Source: an uncultured Gammaproteobacteria bacterium (GTDB lineage Bacteria; Patescibacteriota; Microgenomatia; UBA12405; JAHJSD01). Taken from it: DNA of 64,000 nt. The notes under the pieces are model-generated. The model ran no database searches. It was not told where the DNA came from and saw nothing but the letters and a program-made list of their open reading frames with translations. The stretch lies in assembly GCA_964428655.1 (NCBI GenBank), contig CAYRYE010000002.1:183156-247155 (forward strand), in the 5' to 3' direction. The position numbers and the translations under genes were made by a program. Below, piece by piece: positions 49,301 through 56,533 of the stretch (the first letter of the stretch is position 1; each line of letters opens with the position of its first letter).

Positions 49301-51916
49301 GGCGACGGCACCTACGGCGTGTATGGCTACGGCACCAGCCAGGGTGTGTATGGCACCACCTCCACTGGACAAGGTGTACGTGGCAATAGCACTAGCGGCT
49401 GGGCAGGATATTTTGATCAAAAAACTTATGTTGCTGATTACCTACGAGCTGATGGTGGATTAACCACTAACAGTACCGATCCAGGAGCAGGTAATATTAG
49501 GGCGTCTGGAAGCTTAACATTAACAGCTGCTAATCCCTATATCTACAGTGGCAGTTCATATATTATAATTCCAAATGGTCTTTTTGTCAGTGGAGGCACT
49601 CCTTATTTTACTAATGACATTAAGGCTAGGGGAGGCATTAGTGATGATGGTGGAAATTTATATTTAAATGATACTGTTGTTGTCAATGGTAATGATGGTG
49701 GTACTAATTTATATATTAACGCTATTGATGCAAACGAAGGTGGCCAAATAGCACTGCAACCTGGATCAAGTTATTCAAGTGATGTGTTTTACCTTGACAA
49801 TGTTCAGGGATTCCCTCGCATCTATCAAAGTAGTAGCAATACTAGAACAATGCAGATTGCCAATTACGGTACTGGAATACTTAACTTGAATGTAGAAGGA
49901 ACATCGACCGACTTTGCTGAAATGATACATACTGATGAAAGGTTGGAAAGTGGAGATCTAGTTGTGAGTCACGAAAGTCAAGAAGTAACAGTGAGATTAG
50001 CAGATGATGCCTACTCGCCAAATATTACCGGCATCATTTCAACTAGACCGGGAATTTTATTATCAAGTCTTGACAAGGCTAATGATACCAGTACTTCAAT
50101 TGGTACAGTAGGTAAGGCAGTAATATTTGATAAATACGCCCCGCTGACTGTTTCTGGGAGAGTACCACTCAAGGTTAGTTCTTCAAGTGGGTATATCTCT
50201 AATAGTGATCCTGTTACTTCGTCTTCACTTGCTGGTTTTGGTATGAAAGCCACTCAAGCCGGCCCTATTGTTGGAAAGGCACTGGAGTCAACAGGTCACT
50301 GGAATGATACAAATTGTCCAGCAATTGCTTCTGTTGACTCTATCACATGGCCTGAAGATGATGGAAATAATCCTGCGAAACCCTGCTTTAAACTTCCTGA
50401 TGGTACTTACATAGGCAAGATAATAGTACTTGTGAATCTCAGCTGGTATGACCCGGATGTTTATCTAACAGATACGGGAGATTTAAATATTACCCAAAAC
50501 AACAACGGAGATCTTATTTTAAAGAATAAAGATAGTTTAGTTGATAAAATTGGTGCTTTTACAGAACTGGTTGTAGCTAAAGTTAAGGCCGGACTAGTGG
50601 AAACAAAAGAATTAACAGCAGAGAATAAAATCATCTCACCGTTGATTGAAACAGAAGAAATAGTAATTAGTGATCAGGAATTAGTAATTAGTAATCAAGA
50701 GGGAGAGGATTTAATTGAAATCGATAGCGATGGGGCAACAACCCATTTTGGTGATTTGATAGTTGAAGGTGATGCTGGATTCAGCGGCAATGTGGGCATT
50801 GGCCATCTTACAGCAGAAGAAATTGACACGAATACACTTGAAAGCAAAGCGATTAGCACAGATCAAATGCAAATTAACACGGATGCAACCGTTTCCGGCA
50901 CATTGTACGCTGATCAGATTGTGACTAGGAAAGGCACCTTTGGCGAATTGATGGCTGATAAGATTAGCGCTATTAGGGTGGAGTTAGAAGAGTTGCTAGC
51001 TAACAAAATTGCTAATTATGATAGCGGGGTGGAAAAGGATGACACTGGAGCTTTGGATACTGTTACTGGCACTTCCCTTGCTTCTCAGGCTGAGGAATGG
51101 GAGACAGATCCACCGTCCGATTCCTCCACCGCATCCACTCCTGGAGAGTCTGCTGGGTTGTCATCTGCTGGGTTGTCAGATGAAATAATTATCGCCTCCA
51201 GTTTAGTAATTCAGGGAAAAATGACAGTGGAAGAAGCGTTTATTAACAAACATTTGCTAGTCGGCAATATTGCCATTACTAAAAACTCCATTGCTACTTT
51301 GGCTGATACCCTTTACATCCAGCCAAGTGGAACAGGCAAAGTTGATATTTTAGCTGGAATTTTGGTAATTGAGGATAATGGCAGTGTGACGATTAATGGA
51401 GACTTGTTTGTGAATGGCAGTGTAATCGCAGAGGAATATCAAGGAAAGGACGGGGATTTTGCGATTAATTTAGCTGGAGAGTCTGCTAGTGGTTTCGGCA
51501 AATTAATGGTCAAGGGAATTGATAACGAGGTGGTAACCAGCATTGATGCCAGCGGGTCGGCGCAATTCGCCGGAGACTTAATTGCTTCAGGCTCGGCTAC
51601 TTTTGCTAAAGTCAATATTGCTACGGCATCGGCCGAACCAATTATTGCTGGCTCGCAATTTGGCGATTTGGCCACTGACTCAGCCAAACTAAAAACTAAT
51701 GCCACGGCTGGTGAAGGAATAATTCCGACTGGAAAAAAAGAAGTAATTATTTACAGTGATAAATTAACTTCAGAATCGCTGGTTTACATTACTCCAACAA
51801 CAGATACTGAAAATCAGGTGTTGTTTGTCAAGCAAAAAGCAAGCGATCATTTCACTGTGGCCATAAAAGAAGAATTAAACAAAGAAATACGATTCAACTA
51901 TTGGATTATTAACTAA
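40367..51916 (+). CDS. Giant membrane-anchored fibre/adhesin: N-terminal integrase core-binding-like domain, TM, more than 20 GNVGIGTT-delimited modules, peptidase G2/intramolecular-chaperone-like domain and C-terminal beta domain
   Basis: YLETLRVQGKSEATIRRKAIALKKFAEW; TM GAIAIMTVALGLFIY; SFQGRL..SAYALNAETLQG; TDFAE..GDLV..GIIST.PG..GRVPLKV..GKALE. Confidence 0.85.
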   Translation: MDLNKLLQLNQIRHYLETLRVQGKSEATIRRKAIALKKFAEWAATKEQSRIGIGIGIIGGTKPKTFKEQVSHKILNTKYQILNTLSSVPAYFKFGAIAIMTVALGLFIYDQFIKKAPEQLAYPSTLTAPSRVLSFQGRLTDDQDTPITDSTNFVFKLWKVEENGTEVDCDGGGDEDCLWESNTCGINPDEDGIFSVRLGATSGSDACGGAIDSSVFTENIGIWLEVTVASETLDPRQPIATSAYALNAETLQGFPPGTGTSNILYIDSSGNIGIGVTSPTLDATSSSGTFAIKGQSLLLQTPNTSDGDIGINPDGEGVLDLIFDGSAPSSSYTSNGIGGFVTATNSNITSGAMYFGEVASVATGYDFIQFMSGSTPTEKFSVDASGHTYIAGNVGIGTTNPNNFKLQVDGNVGPQTDSDYDLGSDTIRWANVYADNLIGTISPGFSEGSVIFADSLGDLTEDNANFFWNDTDDRLGIGTTEPGAKLHTYRNDTIGTWGAMTLSNATALFQDSGVNLYVDGNTLVTSGDLYLGTSTASDIFFGTNDAYTVTFKSGGDVGIGTTEPSALLSVGSTSQFQVNSSGAIAAATGITSSGTITFSDLSTNGPTYVATGVMNSEQYLDMTRGGTDADLSGVAEGGLIYKAASALAGTGALTGMLKGNTASAPSAVTSTADYVTYWSDANTITGEQYLSVSRGGSGIGTFTKGVLLSPGGTTAFTTVAGINNYIPKWSSSYITTTSSIYDDGDVGIGTTGPGQKLTVQDDNSDSIPTDQDLEVGQIQIQNLDASAVFAGLSFRARTTNRAMGLIGLDWASGAGDIFFRIRDGSLTSKEVMRLESTGNVGIGTTDPQALLSVGSTSQFQVNSTGAIAAATGITSSGTITFSGLTANRLVTTTTGGQLTNSITSANVDDSVTNNTGSGLLVFATSPIFTTDITTPQILSSADLTIDPAGENVNLGSGDNLNITASTDLFFGTTSLGEITGPTDSGAYVVGTNDEFSNSDEVNVQGVLDDLDAHIESLETGGSGLWIDDGLYIYPINFTDFVITDAGNVGIGTTGPDSPLEISGSGAQQLKITSTDHISSAVVLERTDNDYYDWRMMNSGGNLFFSESIDEGASWLDNVFFGGDPTYHGRVGIGTTAPDEELTVSIAQNESTLIKVTNSTNDTLAAAGFYFDSATSNGIFAALPSNYTGGGTGAHFADRVGFTAYDTAAGLDVVAIDTNADIRFYTGGLAISNERIRIESGGNVGIGTTGPNAQFEVRGSGLEARLTDDGTGYYADLGVDSSGNLTISTSNGALNLEPTANQNLNITTSGTGDVAVNTNQLYVDSSSGYIGIGTTGPLVKLNVSQDQVTSISQAQFMITGATDTNKRTLIGYNTTNNYGWMGAGTLDSQWDPLVLQPISGNVGIGTTNPGAKLEVAGQVKITGGSPGADKVLTSNVSGLATWETIGGEGVTPDSLDYTEFVDAMTVDDNTSINLYSGTTDVDLRYYNSSSSDELLFLDGSTGYVGIGTTGPGARLDIHNDASTGVPLNVMSRAGSADNGELQIGFINNDGGQSWRMGTASDRNFYITEDDAGGYGTSRLTLEEGGNVGIGTTNPSATLHVAGNTLTTGNTYIGATTGDQYFWSDSAGRIATMADFYVQATSSNTYLYSAITYLGAASGDNILFRANEVYGDSWRISSTTGAYHAGSSTEYVYNRFGSGGTANFASDDASDVYVQDELEVDGSICLGGVCESTFLDFGPWDYNSGANTVHPDSTSYNVGIGTTSAGTAKLAVIGGNVGIGTTGPGYKLDVNAGTDNEITRFISTDDSARILVTDEDTTTYLGSSNGYTYLGGGAGLLAQNLVINTTTGNVGIGTTDPKAELHVMGTSGTIPSLFSGTNLVVSNTEAAGNNTNISILGGAEGDTAIMFGDTADEDAGAVSYDHNTDYMSFRVNAGTKMTIDDSGNVGIGTTGPGMPLHLTKASNDLVEFESTNSWMGLHLTGAAGYDSNIYFKEADTKEMRISWDASENELAFVDETDSAARRMVIEQTGNVGIGTTGPTSLLHLASTSTSTGFTGFNLDWSPGSAATLTGDLFAINIGSNGNADNLFNVLDNSSSLFSVSETQITSALPHQFTSTGDVSIAYDIIFTNQTASYIKSYAPLYIDAGESFESNDLTLSTYNAGDIVFDAGDASGDTGTIKFYDAYVKGATDTTPIAFSDVAADINTFRTNYTDENIIGAFNEVYDAATGSVGGGGPWTRSGTDTYLTNTGDNVGIGTTDPDNKLDISGTLEVGTSTRGALLYSTAADNFRFHTYTNTPNPNIRIGYGNGSGGQDTSSEYIDMNAGEINFINADVGIGIATPDEPLEIYRSNDPTAGTTYLKITNPSSGNWKTGEAATGIRFEKEGKITGYIESAHFRTGSGADHSNEDAGLAFGTRHSHDLDPTTKMVIDNYGNVGIGTTTPGAKLDILSTGEQLRTSYNSSNYTQFETDSDGDLNITLNGGGSDKRVIISNDLQINGGDIVDSSGTTRISIGNVISLYPDSSNLVRVINTSGSPASRYLPLRLTRSYSSFSTSYEVGIQFDIQENTTVMPAGFISSKITDSTNEYGKMFLATSDGTGDTDWEIGITIDHLGNVGIGTTNPTEKLHVVGDGYFTADVGIGTAVNATYDLSVGSHIRTVSGNIYSGGTQGFVFGSSTSEGEYIYRSGNDIRTYAGGANVLTVDGDNGRVGIGTTGPEMTLDVYGGVGTGIIVGDHAVRQPYIRRSLHSPSDVTYSFYGYTDAGMYMPEANKLAFAVNGGERITLDSGGNVGIGTTSPLGQLDVVGGVTRTGTAPTTPSFYVTGTLSAGTAGPAANNIEFRHDNQTQGIGFGYQTIYATGTTTNQPLNLLSRGSSPITLNAYGYSTGNVGIGTAGPLSKLSVGGAGISNTGVYGYGTSYGVYGGGGTYGVYGSGTGYGVRAMGGTYGLYGSGTSYGAYGAGDTSGVYGDGGTYGVYGDGTTGVRGDGTYGVYGYGTSQGVYGTTSTGQGVRGNSTSGWAGYFDQKTYVADYLRADGGLTTNSTDPGAGNIRASGSLTLTAANPYIYSGSSYIIIPNGLFVSGGTPYFTNDIKARGGISDDGGNLYLNDTVVVNGNDGGTNLYINAIDANEGGQIALQPGSSYSSDVFYLDNVQGFPRIYQSSSNTRTMQIANYGTGILNLNVEGTSTDFAEMIHTDERLESGDLVVSHESQEVTVRLADDAYSPNITGIISTRPGILLSSLDKANDTSTSIGTVGKAVIFDKYAPLTVSGRVPLKVSSSSGYISNSDPVTSSSLAGFGMKATQAGPIVGKALESTGHWNDTNCPAIASVDSITWPEDDGNNPAKPCFKLPDGTYIGKIIVLVNLSWYDPDVYLTDTGDLNITQNNNGDLILKNKDSLVDKIGAFTELVVAKVKAGLVETKELTAENKIISPLIETEEIVISDQELVISNQEGEDLIEIDSDGATTHFGDLIVEGDAGFSGNVGIGHLTAEEIDTNTLESKAISTDQMQINTDATVSGTLYADQIVTRKGTFGELMADKISAIRVELEELLANKIANYDSGVEKDDTGALDTVTGTSLASQAEEWETDPPSDSSTASTPGESAGLSSAGLSDEIIIASSLVIQGKMTVEEAFINKHLLVGNIAITKNSIATLADTLYIQPSGTGKVDILAGILVIEDNGSVTINGDLFVNGSVIAEEYQGKDGDFAINLAGESASGFGKLMVKGIDNEVVTSIDASGSAQFAGDLIASGSATFAKVNIATASAEPIIAGSQFGDLATDSAKLKTNATAGEGIIPTGKKEVIIYSDKLTSESLVYITPTTDTENQVLFVKQKASDHFTVAIKEELNKEIRFNYWIIN
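41540..49036 (+). repeat. Dispersed in-frame repeat, consensus GGCAACGTCGGGATTGGGACGACGGGGCC (GNVGIGTTGP)
   Basis: Exact 20-mer GGCAACGTCGGGATTGGGAC at 41540, 42878, 44087, 45902, 46187, 48188, 48713 and 49007. Near copies at 42596, 43502, 43748, 44345, 44561, 44867, 45116, 45683, 46445, 47105, 47348, 47651 and 48470. Confidence 0.95.
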
Positions 51917-51919
51917 CAA

Positions 51920-53062
51920 ATGAAAATCCTACATATTAAACTAATCTGGTTTTTGCCGATTTTGGCGGGAGGGGTTATTGGGGGAATATTAACCTCGAAC
52001 CAGCGGTCCAACACATCCATCCTTAGTCCCATTATCCCACCGTCCGAAGATGTCCGTGGGCCAAATTTGGACAAGACAACCTCAGAGGAAGAGCTCGCCT
52101 CGGAAAAGGGATCCCTGCAGCAGCAAATTCTCACCTCCCAGTCGCTTTTGGCCAAAGCAATTGAAATTTCAAAAGAAAAAGATAGCGCCCAAAACCAAAG
52201 AATTGTTCAATTAATTAATGAGGCGATTACTACTATTAATCAAGCTATCGGTCAATATCCCAGTGATCACCGAGCTTGGGCCCAAAGAGCCAAGATTTAT
52301 CAAACAATTAAAGGTTATATGCCTGAAGCAGAAAAAGTGGCTATTGGCGATTGGCAGAGAGCAATCAAACTGGACCCTAATAACAGCGATTACTACCAAT
52401 CATTAGCTAGTATCTATCAGGTTAATGGAATCAAGATAGCCATTTTTTATTTGCAAAAAGCAGTTGAGACTAATCCAACTGATCCTAATTTACTCAAACA
52501 ATTAGCTGAATATCAAACAAGGGCAGGAATGCTGAGCCAAGCCAGAACAAGCTACCAACAAATTTTGGCTATTTTAATTGATCAAGAACAAAGAGAAGTA
52601 ATTAAAAAAGAAATCAAGGGTTTAGAACGTTTAATAGTTCAGGCGGGAATTGAGTCCGATGCGGCCACTCCGGAAAGGTCTATTCCGTTCGAGGAGTCTA
52701 CCATTACTCTCCCCGAGTCGCCGCCCCTGCTAGAAGCTAGGCATTTAGCCAGTAATACTATTATTGCCGCTCCCGTCTCACCATCCCAACATACATCGGG
52801 AGGAGAGACTATCTCAAGTGCTCTATCAGGGATGGCGATTTTACCAACTGGTGAAACAGAGGTTAAAATTTGCAATGAAAATCTCTCCCCTAATACACAA
52901 GTATACTTAGTTTCAGAAGGAGAAGATGAAAATCAAGTCTTAATAGTTAAAAGAAAAGTGCCGTTTGATCCAGAGACCAATGAATGCAGCCACTTTGTAG
53001 CCGCTATTCAAAAACCCTTGAACCAAGATTTGAAATTCAGATGGTGGCTGATAGAAAATTGA
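51920..53062 (+). CDS. Membrane-anchored TPR protein whose C-terminal domain is paralogous to the fibre protein C-terminus
   Basis: N-terminal TM, TPR motifs (AIGQYPSD..AW, RAIKLDPNN, KAVETNPTD) and C-terminal SG.AILPTG..EV.I...NQVL.VK...FRWWLIEN. Confidence 0.8.
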   Translation: MKILHIKLIWFLPILAGGVIGGILTSNQRSNTSILSPIIPPSEDVRGPNLDKTTSEEELASEKGSLQQQILTSQSLLAKAIEISKEKDSAQNQRIVQLINEAITTINQAIGQYPSDHRAWAQRAKIYQTIKGYMPEAEKVAIGDWQRAIKLDPNNSDYYQSLASIYQVNGIKIAIFYLQKAVETNPTDPNLLKQLAEYQTRAGMLSQARTSYQQILAILIDQEQREVIKKEIKGLERLIVQAGIESDAATPERSIPFEESTITLPESPPLLEARHLASNTIIAAPVSPSQHTSGGETISSALSGMAILPTGETEVKICNENLSPNTQVYLVSEGEDENQVLIVKRKVPFDPETNECSHFVAAIQKPLNQDLKFRWWLIEN

Positions 53063-53077
53063 CCAAAACTTTGTTTA

Positions 53078-55066
53078 TTAGTCAACTGACTCGGGTGATT
53101 CAATCGGCTCAATAGGCTCGCCCTCCAAATCAAAAGGAGTTGGCGTAAGAGTCTCCATTTCCTCTAACGGCGGTGCGGCTTCTTCAGGAAGCTGGATCGG
53201 TTCTTCAAGTTGAGGTGTTGGTAAAGGCCCAGGCTGAGTCAATTCCTTCGGCGCTTCCTCTTTTTCGCTGGCGGCTGCTTCCTGACCCAGTTCTTTTTTC
53301 CACTCTTCTAATTCTTGTATTGATTTTTCATAATCAGGAGTATCTCTTGCCACCAAATTGACTGCTTGTTGAAGCTTGACTACTGCGTCTTCTAGTTTTT
53401 CCTGTTGTTTTAGAACCCAAGCCCAATTATACCAAGCATTGGCAAAATCAACCTTCAGACTAACAGCAATTTCAAATTGTTTAGCGGCCTCATCAAGCTG
53501 GTCCATACCGTAAAGCAAACCGCCATAATCAACTCGTAAACGAGGATTAAGAGAATCTAAAGCAATCGCCTGCTGATAAGTAGTCACTACCCATTGATCA
53601 GCTCCTTCGGCTACGTTAACTAACTGGCGGTAGATCTGGGCCAGGTTTTCCCAACCAATTACATTCCTTGGCTCTAAAGCCACGGCTGTTTTAGCTTCTG
53701 AAACTGATTGATCTAAAAGTTGAGTTATTTGGCGATGCTCATCATCGGTCAAATCCTCCCCTTTATTGGCTAAACTATTGGCCAAGGCTAGATTAGTTTG
53801 AGCAAAAGAAATTCGGTAGCGTGACAAAAAGCGGTTTTGATTAATAGCGGCTAGCTGAAAATTGTAAGTATCCCCGCCTCTATTCTCAGAGGCCGCTTTG
53901 ATTGCTTGGTAAAAAGTAAATTCTGACCGGAAACCACGATAGAGAAAATAACCACTTACCATAGTAAAAACAATTAGCAAACTACCAAATATTATCGGTG
54001 CGCTGTCTTCTCCTTTTTCACCAACAACTAAAGAAAAACTCCGTTCTTTGCCCTTGCCTCGGACTAAAGCTAAAGACAAAAAGAGAATAAAGACAGTAAT
54101 TAAATTGCCAGGAAAGAGCAGTAAAGCCAACCATGTCAACCCTAGCAGCCGACCAGTCTCATTTTTCTTTGCCGAACGAATGGTGCGGAAAAATAGAGAA
54201 AGCAAAATAATTAAACCAACCAGGCCTGTCTCAGTCCAAAGCTGTAAGAACCAACTATGAGGGGCGCCAAACCTGAAATTCCAATTTTCACCTCGGTTAA
54301 ACTCGATAGGACGATAAAGATTAAAAGCAGTATTAAAATTACCCGGGCCAACACCAAGGATTGGGCTCCTTTTAAAGGACTCAACAGCAATTGCCCAGGA
54401 GGAAAACCAATCTAAAAAAACTACCTTAATTTTGAAGGTTTGATAAAGAGCTGTTCCTGCCCCTACTAAAATAATAATTCCCAAAAGGGCCAGCCACCAC
54501 TTTTTTAACTCGCCTTTTCCCTTTACCTCCTTTACAATCAAGCCAATAATTAAAGCAGCCATTAAAACTAATAATTGGGCAAGAATCACTGGCGAGCCTA
54601 AGGCAAGACGGCTAAGTTGATTAGCCCAAAAACCAGTAGAAGAAACAGGCAAGACAAATAAAGTTACGGAAAACAAACTAGTAATCGCCGCTGAAATTAG
54701 CAAGGCCATTAAAGTTTTCTTCCTTTTTCCTGTTGATTTAAGTTGGCTTAAAGAGAAGTAAAAAAGAGTTAGAACAATAACTGTGCCTAAACCTAATGGC
54801 TGAAGTAAAGAGCGAACTTTTGTTCCAGAAGGCAAGAAAAACCAGGAAACTAAATTGGACAACAAAAAGAGAAAAACTAAAAAGTCCAACGGCGCAATTG
54901 AATAAACAAGTTTCTTGGCCTTTAACAGGCGGATCCCGGCAATAACCAAAACTACTAAAACCGCTATTGCTAAAAAGAAATTTTTGCCATCAAAAACTGA
55001 ATCAGTAATCCAAGGAAAAAAAAACAGGGGAAAAAGGAAAACAATTAATGTGATTAGGATTAACAT
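53078..55066 (-). CDS. O-antigen ligase/Wzy_C-family membrane protein with C-terminal TPRs
   Basis: SPILGVGPGNF and PHSWFLQLWTETGLVG; TPR repeats; Pro/Glu-rich tail. Confidence 0.85.
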   Translation of the reverse strand: MLILITLIVFLFPLFFFPWITDSVFDGKNFFLAIAVLVVLVIAGIRLLKAKKLVYSIAPLDFLVFLFLLSNLVSWFFLPSGTKVRSLLQPLGLGTVIVLTLFYFSLSQLKSTGKRKKTLMALLISAAITSLFSVTLFVLPVSSTGFWANQLSRLALGSPVILAQLLVLMAALIIGLIVKEVKGKGELKKWWLALLGIIILVGAGTALYQTFKIKVVFLDWFSSWAIAVESFKRSPILGVGPGNFNTAFNLYRPIEFNRGENWNFRFGAPHSWFLQLWTETGLVGLIILLSLFFRTIRSAKKNETGRLLGLTWLALLLFPGNLITVFILFLSLALVRGKGKERSFSLVVGEKGEDSAPIIFGSLLIVFTMVSGYFLYRGFRSEFTFYQAIKAASENRGGDTYNFQLAAINQNRFLSRYRISFAQTNLALANSLANKGEDLTDDEHRQITQLLDQSVSEAKTAVALEPRNVIGWENLAQIYRQLVNVAEGADQWVVTTYQQAIALDSLNPRLRVDYGGLLYGMDQLDEAAKQFEIAVSLKVDFANAWYNWAWVLKQQEKLEDAVVKLQQAVNLVARDTPDYEKSIQELEEWKKELGQEAAASEKEEAPKELTQPGPLPTPQLEEPIQLPEEAAPPLEEMETLTPTPFDLEGEPIEPIESPESVD

Positions 55067-55115
55067 AGTTATTACTATGTATATTCTCCATGATCAATTG
55101 TCAAGAGTCAAGAGG

Positions 55116-56528
55116 CTACTCCTCTTCCCCATACTTCGAAGAAAGAGTTTGGAGAAGAAGAACAATGTCTCTTCCATTAACAACACCATTGAAATCAACA
55201 TCAGCTACGGCTAGTTCTTCTGCATATTGATCAGCAAAAAGTCTTACTTTCATGTTGGTGAAATCAACACCGTTAACTATGCCGTCTTGAGCCATGTCTT
55301 TCTCTGGTTCTGGTAAATCACCAGGCTCAAGAGGAAGGCCAGTGAAATCAAAAGTATTTTCACCGGCATTAAGAGTTATTTTTCCTTCGCCAAGACAGCG
55401 TTCTGTTTGTTTATCTTCACAGAGCTTTCTGGAAAGGTGTTTAGGGCCTTTAATATAAATGGTGTAATTGTTACCAGGAGAAACTCCACTGAGAACTACC
55501 CTGCCTTTGAAGGCAGCTCCTTGATCTGGTTCTAATTGAACATCAGTAAATTGAGCAATTTGTTGAAATTCTTTTTTAATTTTGACTGAGACCTTGGGCA
55601 TTTCCTTAACACTGCTGCTGTCTAAAACACCAGTAAAGGTGACTTTGAAGTTAAGAATGGGAGTACCTGGTTGGGAAAGAAAAGCGGAAGTAGGGATGGG
55701 AGTGTTGACGACTGTTGGCGTTTCTGTTGGTGTGCGAATTGGAGCTCCACTACATTGGCCGGTGGCTGAATCACAGCCATTTGAACAACTGATTGTATTG
55801 GTCCATTGCCCGTTAACACACTCTTGAGATTTAGTATTGTTAACAATACATCTGGAGCCGGAAGTACACTCAGGCGTGGGGGTACCAGTAGGCACGGGTG
55901 TTAGAACTCCTGCTGGCGGCGTTGGCGTACTGGTTGGTGTCGGAGTACTGGTGGTTGGAACAGTAAAATTATAGGTAATCCCAATCTCATTATCGTTGTT
56001 TTGATTCTTTAATTCTATTTCTCTGTCAGCGCCTGTTGTTTCACCAACAACTTGATGTCGAGGATAGGATTTGTCTAGTTTGACTTGAGCAGTGCCATTG
56101 TTCCTGACTCTGAAATTAAGTTTAATTAGCGGCGCATTGATACTCAAGGTTCCAGTCATTCCTCCAGTGGTGGAAATAGCACTGATATTAACGGCGCCTT
56201 GGTTTTGATCGACTTGTTTTTGAATTACGGTGTTAAAAGCAGAGTGAATACTAACATCATTGCTAGAAGCAAGTTCTAATTTGTCTTGAGAATAAGTAAT
56301 CTTAATAGTAAAACCAGTCATTTTGCTGCTACCCAAATCGCCAATTAAATAAACTGGCATATTATCGCCAGCGCCTTTACTTCCTGCATCAGTAGGCAGA
56401 AACCAGACTTTGGCAGTGGTATAAGCAGCTCCTTTTCTTGTCTCCTGTCTTTGTCTGACTAAAATCAAACCTCCGATTAAGGCAAGAAGAAGAATTAAGA
56501 ATGGTAAAAATTTTAATAGTTTTTTCAT
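55116..56528 (-). CDS. Membrane-anchored cohesin-like plus Pro/Thr linker plus dockerin-like protein
   Basis: GFTIKITYSQDKLEL..LIKLNFRV..GTAQVKL (cohesin-like); GDL...DGIVNGVDF and ADVDFNGVVNGRD (dockerin EF-like pair). Confidence 0.7.
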   Translation of the reverse strand: MKKLLKFLPFLILLLALIGGLILVRQRQETRKGAAYTTAKVWFLPTDAGSKGAGDNMPVYLIGDLGSSKMTGFTIKITYSQDKLELASSNDVSIHSAFNTVIQKQVDQNQGAVNISAISTTGGMTGTLSINAPLIKLNFRVRNNGTAQVKLDKSYPRHQVVGETTGADREIELKNQNNDNEIGITYNFTVPTTSTPTPTSTPTPPAGVLTPVPTGTPTPECTSGSRCIVNNTKSQECVNGQWTNTISCSNGCDSATGQCSGAPIRTPTETPTVVNTPIPTSAFLSQPGTPILNFKVTFTGVLDSSSVKEMPKVSVKIKKEFQQIAQFTDVQLEPDQGAAFKGRVVLSGVSPGNNYTIYIKGPKHLSRKLCEDKQTERCLGEGKITLNAGENTFDFTGLPLEPGDLPEPEKDMAQDGIVNGVDFTNMKVRLFADQYAEELAVADVDFNGVVNGRDIVLLLQTLSSKYGEEE

Positions 56529-56533
56529 TTATT

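Noticed and set aside
49020-49463. ORFs 49020-49463 (+) and 49040-49420 (-) with PTACMA/AIHAV repeats
   Set aside because: Off-frame and antisense shadows of the YGVYG repeat in the fibre gene.
32440-51916. Prophage or integrative element (integrase plus tail fibre)
   Set aside because: The integrase-like gene lacks a catalytic domain; there are no capsid, terminase or att sites; the fibre has a TM anchor.
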